Part shown: in pieces, positions 58,293-64,000 of the stretch
Layout of the letters: the number at the start of each line of letters is the position of its first letter
Position numbering within the stretch: the stretch's first letter is position 1
DNA from: Bacilli bacterium
Lineage (GTDB): Bacteria; Bacillota_I; Bacilli_A; ML615J-28; CAG-313
DNA: 64,000 bases
Direction: 5' to 3'
Assembly: GCA_035362935.1 (NCBI GenBank)
Contig: DAOSEC010000009.1
Location: 9,501-73,500 of the forward strand
The notes under the pieces: model-generated
Seen by the model: the letters and a program-made list of their open reading frames with translations, nothing else
Database searches by the model: none
What the model was told of the DNA's origin: nothing
Position numbers and translations under genes: made by a program

Positions 58293-60359
58293 ATGAAAGA
58301 ATATCAAACGAATGCGTTACGGAACATTGCGGTCTTAGGACATATGGGTAGTGGGAAAACATCTTTAGTGGAATCACTCGCATATATTACTAAGGCTATT
58401 GAAAAAAAAGGTGAAGTAGAGCGTAAGAATACTGTTTCTGACTACTCGATTGAAGAACAAACCCGCCAAACATCTCTTTCTACAAGTTTGATCCCCATTG
58501 AATGGAATGGTTATAAGTTAAACTTTTTAGATTTGCCAGGATCTGATGAATTTGTTGGTGAATTAAACAATGTATTAGGTGTTGTTAAAGGCGCTATCAT
58601 TGTAATTGATGCAACAAAAGGGATTGAAGTTGGAACCGAACGTTTGTGGGACGAAGTGTCTGAACGCGGAATTCCTACAATTTTGTTCATTAACAAAATG
58701 GACAAAGAAAACATTAAATTTGATGAACTGATTGAAAATATTCGTGAACGCTTTGGAAAAAAAGTGGTTCCTTTTGCTTGGCCTGTTGGGAAAAAAGAAG
58801 GATTCGACGGATTTGTGAACGTAGTTGAAATGAAGGCTCGTATATTTGATGGACAAACCTGTGTGGATGCTCCTATTTATGAAGAACGTCGCGCTAAGGT
58901 TGAAGAGTTAAATTTCATGATTAAAGAAAGTGTCGCAGAAACAAGCGAAGAATTACTAGATAAATTTATCATGGGAGAAGAACTAACGATTGAAGAAATC
59001 CGCACAGGACTTCGTACTGGTGTTTTAGCTGGTGATTTATACCCTGTCTTAGTTGGAAGTGTTGTGAAAAACATTGGTGTTCACACTCTTCTTGATATGG
59101 TTGTTAATTATATGCCAGAACCTCAAGATTTGAAACCGATGGAAGGTATTGATCCAAAAACAAATCAAACCATTACAAGACATTCTTCTGATCAAGAACC
59201 ATTTTCAGCGTATGTGTTTAAAACAATGATTGACTCCTTTGTGGGATCGATTAACTTCTTTAAAATTTACTCTGGAACATTAAAAGTCGCACAAGAAGTT
59301 TATGTACCAAATACCGATACAACTGTTAAAATGGGGACAATCGGCTCTATGATGGGTAAAACACAACTTCCTGTTGAAGTGTTGCATGCGGGTGACATTG
59401 GTGTGGTTGCGAAAATGCCAGAACTTGCAACTGGATATACATTCTGCGATAAGAAAGCTCCAGTCATGTTTGAGAAAGTAACCCATCCAACACCTACGAT
59501 TTATGTTGCAATTCAGCCGAAAAACAAAGCCGATGAAGATAAAATTTCGTCTGCACTTCAAAAATTAAGTCAAGAAGATGAAACATTAGTGATCAAACGA
59601 AATCCAGAAACTGCGCAACTTCTTGTTGGTGGTCAAGGGATGACTCACTTAGGCTACATTTTAGAAAAAATGAAGAATATGTTTAAAGTTGATCTTGATA
59701 TTACTGATCCTAAGATTGTATATCGTGAAACGATTCGTTCTAAGGGAGAAGCTCAAGGTCGCCATAAGAAACAATCTGGTGGAGCTGGTCAATTTGGTGA
59801 TGTTTGGATTCGCTTTGAACCAACTGACAAACCATTTGAATTCGCAGAAGAAGTATTTGGTGGATCTGTTCCGAAAAACTACTTCCCTGCGGTTGAAAAA
59901 GGATTGATTGAAACCATGGAAAAAGGTCCATTGGCAGGGTTTCCAGTAATAGGAATCAAAGCAGTTCTATACGATGGATCATACCATGCGGTAGACTCAA
60001 ATGAGTTGTCATTTAAATTAGCTGCTCGTTTGGCATTTGAAAATGCTGTGAAGAAACTAAGACCTACCATTTTAGAGCCAATCATGAAATTAGACATTAT
60101 CGTGAAAGATGATTTCATTGGTGATGTATTAGGTGATATTAACAAACGCCGTGGTCAAGTTCTAGGTATGGAACCAAAAGGACGTGGATTACAAATGGTT
60201 TCTGTTGAGGCACCAGAAGCCGAAATTATTAAGTACGCAACGGACTTAAGAGCGATGACTCAAGGTAGTGGTAGATTCACACGTGAATTTGTTCGCTACG
60301 CAGAAGTTCCTGAACATTTAATTGAAAAGATTGTTGCTGAATACAAAAAACAACAATAA
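58293..60359 (+). CDS. elongation factor G family translational GTPase (divergent paralog)
   Basis: G-domain with unusual P-loop GHMGSGKTS, DLPG, NKMD; EF-G domains II-V (C-terminal IGDVLGDINKRRGQVLGME). Confidence 0.8.
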   Translation: MKEYQTNALRNIAVLGHMGSGKTSLVESLAYITKAIEKKGEVERKNTVSDYSIEEQTRQTSLSTSLIPIEWNGYKLNFLDLPGSDEFVGELNNVLGVVKGAIIVIDATKGIEVGTERLWDEVSERGIPTILFINKMDKENIKFDELIENIRERFGKKVVPFAWPVGKKEGFDGFVNVVEMKARIFDGQTCVDAPIYEERRAKVEELNFMIKESVAETSEELLDKFIMGEELTIEEIRTGLRTGVLAGDLYPVLVGSVVKNIGVHTLLDMVVNYMPEPQDLKPMEGIDPKTNQTITRHSSDQEPFSAYVFKTMIDSFVGSINFFKIYSGTLKVAQEVYVPNTDTTVKMGTIGSMMGKTQLPVEVLHAGDIGVVAKMPELATGYTFCDKKAPVMFEKVTHPTPTIYVAIQPKNKADEDKISSALQKLSQEDETLVIKRNPETAQLLVGGQGMTHLGYILEKMKNMFKVDLDITDPKIVYRETIRSKGEAQGRHKKQSGGAGQFGDVWIRFEPTDKPFEFAEEVFGGSVPKNYFPAVEKGLIETMEKGPLAGFPVIGIKAVLYDGSYHAVDSNELSFKLAARLAFENAVKKLRPTILEPIMKLDIIVKDDFIGDVLGDINKRRGQVLGMEPKGRGLQMVSVEAPEAEIIKYATDLRAMTQGSGRFTREFVRYAEVPEHLIEKIVAEYKKQQ

Positions 60360-60365
60360 TCTAAT

Positions 60366-60406
60366 AAAAAACGTGTCCAACCTGAATTTGGTTTGGACAC
60401 GTTTCT
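60366..60406 (+). terminator. rho-independent terminator (weak T tract)
   Basis: aaacgtgtccaa-cctgaatttggt-ttggacacgttt. Confidence 0.6.
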
Positions 60407-60424
60407 TAATAGGAGGATAAACAT

Positions 60425-61357
60425 ATGACTATTTTTATTGAACCAAAAAAGATACGCTATCATAATTATGACAAAGTGGTGGAGATGTTTCCTGATATTA
60501 CGTTTGTGAGTGAAGAAATTAATTCCTATCAAGCGGATGTCATAATGGTATATCCTGAATTTTGTACGAAAGAAAACTTAAGCAAGTACCCTAATTTAGA
60601 ATGGATTCATCTCTTAACAGCTGGGTATGAAACCTTAGATATGGATGCTGTTAGAGAAAAAGGAGTCACACTAACCAACTCCAAAGGTGTCTTTAGTACT
60701 ACGATGGCAGAAGATGTCATTTCAAAAATGTTGATGATTAATCGCAACATCAAACTGTATTTAGAGAATATGAAACAACACATTTGGTATACACCTAGAA
60801 CAGAACTAGAACTAATTGGATCAACTGCTGGTATCATTGGCGCAGGTTCGATTGGAGTTGAGGTTGCGAAACGATTGAAAGCATTTGATATGAATGTGAT
60901 TGGTTACAAACGAACACAATCTACGCTACCTTATTTTGACCATATTTACGTTGGAGTGGATGGGTTAAAAAAAGTCATAGAACAAAGTGATTATATTATC
61001 GTTGCGATTCCTTTAAGCAAAACTACTTACCACTTGTTTGATGCGGAAAAATTCTCATGGATGAAACCAAGTAGTGTATTTATCAATATGGCTAGAGGAA
61101 ATATAGTGGATCAAGATGCATTGATTGAGGCTTTAAAGAATAAGAAAATCCGAGCTGCAGCACTTGATGTGACAAGTCCTGAACCTCTTCCATATGAAAG
61201 TGAGTTATGGGACTTGGAAAATGTGTTTATAACACCACATTGTTCGGTTGTGAGTCCAATGCTTTATACAAGAATGACGAATCTTGTAATAGAAAACATC
61301 AAACGGTATCAAAATAAATTACCACTGGATAATATAGTTACAAATAAAAGCCAATGA
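60425..61357 (+). CDS. D-isomer-specific 2-hydroxyacid dehydrogenase family protein
   Basis: NAD-binding GIIGAGSIGVEVAKRL, catalytic R/E/H region, 310 aa. Confidence 0.8.
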   Translation: MTIFIEPKKIRYHNYDKVVEMFPDITFVSEEINSYQADVIMVYPEFCTKENLSKYPNLEWIHLLTAGYETLDMDAVREKGVTLTNSKGVFSTTMAEDVISKMLMINRNIKLYLENMKQHIWYTPRTELELIGSTAGIIGAGSIGVEVAKRLKAFDMNVIGYKRTQSTLPYFDHIYVGVDGLKKVIEQSDYIIVAIPLSKTTYHLFDAEKFSWMKPSSVFINMARGNIVDQDALIEALKNKKIRAAALDVTSPEPLPYESELWDLENVFITPHCSVVSPMLYTRMTNLVIENIKRYQNKLPLDNIVTNKSQ

Positions 61358-61474
61358 TTTGTTTTGTTTCATTTAGTTAAGTTGTAATTAACATAGTTCA
61401 CAATTGTTCTAACAATAGAAACGGAATATTTTAAGATTTAGCCTATGTTTTAAAGAATAGTTAAGGAATAACTA

Positions 61475-61502
61475 ATTGACTTGCTTCATAGAAATGCTAT
61501 AA
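61475..61502 (+). promoter_or_regulatory. sigma-A promoter TTGACT-16-TATAAT
   Basis: hexamers about 20 nt upstream of RBS aagaggtgga. Confidence 0.5.
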
Positions 61503-61523
61503 TTGTATTAAAGAGGTGGATTT

Positions 61524-62828
61524 ATGCCGGTAATCATCGATAATGTCAAAGTAGGAACGTTTATCAAAGAAAAACTGAAAGGGAAAAATATGTCGCAAGA
61601 TGATCTTGCAAATTATTTGTCGATCTCGAAATCTGCTGTTTCGCAAAATTTATCAGGAAAAAGTTCGTTTGATCTACAAAATTTGCTGATGATTTCCGAG
61701 TTATTTGATGTGACACTGGATCAGCTACTCACGCAAAAAATAGATTCCGACCAGATACCGGTATCCGAATTTGAACGACTTGCGCGGAAAGGTCTATCTG
61801 AAGTCATGACACTAGGACTAGATAATCCAAACATCTTTCATCTAGATATTTACGGAAAATATTTTGTAGAATATGTTTTGGCTTTGAATGACATTGAATT
61901 GTTTGAATATCTACATATCAATGCTCTAATTGAGTTAAATGCTAATTCAGGCAGAGAAAAAGATATATTACTTCAAATAATATTGTTTTGTATCAAACAC
62001 AACAGTGCAGTTTATCCATATTATATCGGATTTTATGCAACAGTAGCAGGGTCATTTCGCATTGATGATGGAACAATAGAAAAGTTTATATGGAAATATA
62101 TCGAAGATAAGCATCAAGAACAATTGATTTTATCTCTATTTTATATTGAGTATATGAAGACCAAAAGAGTACTTAAATTTTGGAAAAAAACAACCACCTA
62201 TCATATTTTATCATATCATGAGTGGTTAGAAATATGTGCAATATATCACCTTGAGTTTGTTTTCTCAATTATTCACAAACCATTAATGGAACACATTCAA
62301 TTGTCAAAAATGATAGGACTCTTTCACCAATATCACTTTTATAATGGGATTAAGATACTATCACAAACGATCTGCAGTGTTCCAAATGAGTATGAGCAGA
62401 AATTAGGTTATGATATTCAAGAATCCTTTGAACTACTTTGTGAATTAGACTTTAGTGATATTATCGAAAACATGATCAACAGTTTTCCAGCACTGATCGT
62501 ACAACCTGGGATGATTAAAGCAATCAAATCAAACTCAAAAAAAGTCATTGAGTTGCTATACACAAAATTTGCTAATAAACTTCACTTCCGTGATATTGGA
62601 GCAGTTGTTGCATCGACAGGTAATCATCAACTTATGAGTCAATTGTTGAATCAGTTAACAACCGATGATAGGAATTTGGCACTATCGTTTACCAAAACAG
62701 ATGATATTGATATGATGCTGGTTCTTATCAAAGGAGGAGCAACATTTTCAAGAAAATACTACAATCAATTTGCTGAGGAAAAAATGAATCATTTAGTACA
62801 TCACCTTATCAAGAGCAGTGAGGAATAA
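61524..62828 (+). CDS. HTH-XRE domain protein with ~350-aa all-helical C-terminal domain (function unknown)
   Basis: N-terminal FIKEKLKGKNMSQDDLANYLSISKSAVSQNLSGKSS Cro/C1-type HTH; remainder rich in helix-forming residues with no catalytic motif. Confidence 0.65.
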   Translation: MPVIIDNVKVGTFIKEKLKGKNMSQDDLANYLSISKSAVSQNLSGKSSFDLQNLLMISELFDVTLDQLLTQKIDSDQIPVSEFERLARKGLSEVMTLGLDNPNIFHLDIYGKYFVEYVLALNDIELFEYLHINALIELNANSGREKDILLQIILFCIKHNSAVYPYYIGFYATVAGSFRIDDGTIEKFIWKYIEDKHQEQLILSLFYIEYMKTKRVLKFWKKTTTYHILSYHEWLEICAIYHLEFVFSIIHKPLMEHIQLSKMIGLFHQYHFYNGIKILSQTICSVPNEYEQKLGYDIQESFELLCELDFSDIIENMINSFPALIVQPGMIKAIKSNSKKVIELLYTKFANKLHFRDIGAVVASTGNHQLMSQLLNQLTTDDRNLALSFTKTDDIDMMLVLIKGGATFSRKYYNQFAEEKMNHLVHHLIKSSEE

Positions 62829-62830
62829 AA

Positions 62831-63541
62831 ATGGAGTTTTTTAAAAATAATTTTGAAATAATAATAATAGTCCTTTCAATCATTATGCTGCTTATATTGA
62901 TTAGAGTTTATCTTTACAATGTATATTATTCTAAGTACTTTACAAACAAAAAGTTTCAAGTCCGTAGTACTTATGAAATAAATCCGAAAGATCAATCAAA
63001 AAGTTTTGTAATATATGTGTATAATAAAAACATCAACGATGTTTCGATCAATTCATTGGGATTTATTTATCGTAATCAAAGCATTGACTATTTCAAAAAA
63101 ATAAAAGAAGAACTGATTGCGAAAGATGATATGAAGTTAGTTATTCCTTCAAGGGATGCGATAAAAGTTATAGTGCCCGTGGACGAATTTGAATTAATAA
63201 TTTATGAAAACAATCGCAGTAAAAAGACGATTGGTTCAATACTTTGTTATGTGACCGATACACTTGGAGTACAATCCAAATACAAAGCAAAAAGTGTGCA
63301 GTATATTGTTAAGAAAGATTATCGCCAACGGGTCAAAGATTTGAAAAACCAGGTAAAAAAAGCAAAACAAGAGGTTAGGATAGAGCGTCGCAATGACCAA
63401 AGGATTAGAAGAGAAGATCAATCCCATCAAAGAAAGATTAAGAAAGAGGTAAATCACATCAAAAAAGAACCAAATCGAAAACTTTTAAAATTCATGGATT
63501 CAATAGATAAAATGATGAGAAAATTATTTAAAAAGCCATAA
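62831..63541 (+). CDS. single-pass membrane protein with highly basic coiled-coil C-terminus (function unknown)
   Basis: N-terminal TM IIIIVLSIIMLLILI; C-terminal K/R-rich QRVKDLKNQVKKAKQEVRIERRNDQRIRREDQSHQRKIKKE; 2-nt gap from the upstream gene. Confidence 0.6.
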   Translation: MEFFKNNFEIIIIVLSIIMLLILIRVYLYNVYYSKYFTNKKFQVRSTYEINPKDQSKSFVIYVYNKNINDVSINSLGFIYRNQSIDYFKKIKEELIAKDDMKLVIPSRDAIKVIVPVDEFELIIYENNRSKKTIGSILCYVTDTLGVQSKYKAKSVQYIVKKDYRQRVKDLKNQVKKAKQEVRIERRNDQRIRREDQSHQRKIKKEVNHIKKEPNRKLLKFMDSIDKMMRKLFKKP

Positions 63542-63553
63542 TGGCTTTTTTCA
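63530..63553 (+). terminator. rho-independent terminator
   Basis: aaaaagccat-aa-tggcttttttc. Confidence 0.75.
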
Positions 63554-63614
63554 TATTTTACTTGACACTCACGTAACGTAATAGTTTATACTATGGGTGA
63601 AGCGGGGTGATGCA

Positions 63615-64000
63615 CGTGTTAAAAGTGAAAGAAGTTGCTAAAATTGCTGGGATTAGTGTGCGAACACTTCGTTATTATGATGAAGTGGGACTACTTCGTC
63701 CTTATGTTGATCCGGTGAATCAATATAGGTACTATCAGAAAAAGGACTTGAAACGATTGTGGGAAATACTATTTTTGAAAGAACTTGGATTTTCCATCGA
63801 ACAGATTCGCTCCTTTGTTGAAAGTAATATCACTAAGCAAAATGAGTTTTTATCGTTACAAAAAGAAGAACTTATAATGAGAAAAAGACGGATTGATCAA
63901 ATGATTGATTCTGTAGAACAAATTCAAAAGAAAGGGTTTGAAACAAATATGTTGAATGATTTTAATTTAGAGGACATTAAAAAACACCAAAAAAAGTATG
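63615..64000 (+). CDS. MerR family transcriptional regulator (3' end beyond window)
   Basis: VKEVAKIAGISVRTLRYYDEVGLLRP MerR HTH; TTGACA-18-TATACT promoter at 63561-63590. Confidence 0.7.

Overview
This is an AT-rich chromosomal segment that looks like a low-GC Firmicute (Erysipelotrichia-like) genome. Trp is encoded by TGG, gene packing is dense, and there are many RBS-plus-terminator units. I support about 57 protein-coding genes, one tRNA-Thr(GGU), and a 51-aa ribosomal protein L33 gene that the ORF track misses. I found no rRNA, no CRISPR array, and no integrase, transposase or obvious prophage.

Recognisable content, in order:
- Redox and metal genes: alanine dehydrogenase, a TM2/zinc-ribbon protein, thioredoxin, CopZ.
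- A translationally coupled pair: a degenerate-GGDEF pseudo-receiver protein and a very large GT2 processive glycosyltransferase.
- Divergently transcribed glycerophosphodiester phosphodiesterase and an MFS transporter.
- A PPi-dependent phosphofructokinase, a 5'-nucleotidase lipoprotein, a Nudix hydrolase, and DegV.
- A U32-ltaE-lplA-gcvT-gcvH-gcvPA-gcvPB-lpdA block.
- A minus-strand pair: a bactofilin and a YhbD-like HTH protein.
- A tandem-VOC enzyme, a GH3 beta-glucosidase, a C26 amidotransferase, a P-type ATPase with a poly-Lys N-terminal tail, and an HD phosphohydrolase.
- Two paralogous ECF sigma/anti-sigma cassettes that share a promoter. One cassette carries a new extracytoplasmic domain with a poly-Asp/Glu tail, duplicated in a neighbouring lipoprotein.
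- A Trx-CcdA fusion, a cytoplasmic GH18 and a DAG-kinase-like lipid kinase.
- YebC, an AAC(6')-Ii-like GNAT, RNase J, L33, RarA and tRNA-Thr.
- An APH-like kinase with an adjacent GNAT, a YccF-like protein, a 1446-aa Ig-repeat/beta-helix/PGRP-amidase lipoprotein, and a divergent EF-G paralog.
- A 2-hydroxyacid dehydrogenase, an HTH-XRE plus membrane-protein two-gene module of unknown function, and the start of a MerR regulator.

The most unusual elements are the c-di-GMP-receptor-like/GT2 synthase pair, the duplicated sigma/anti-sigma cassettes with the acidic-tail ectodomain, and the terminal HTH-XRE/membrane-protein operon.
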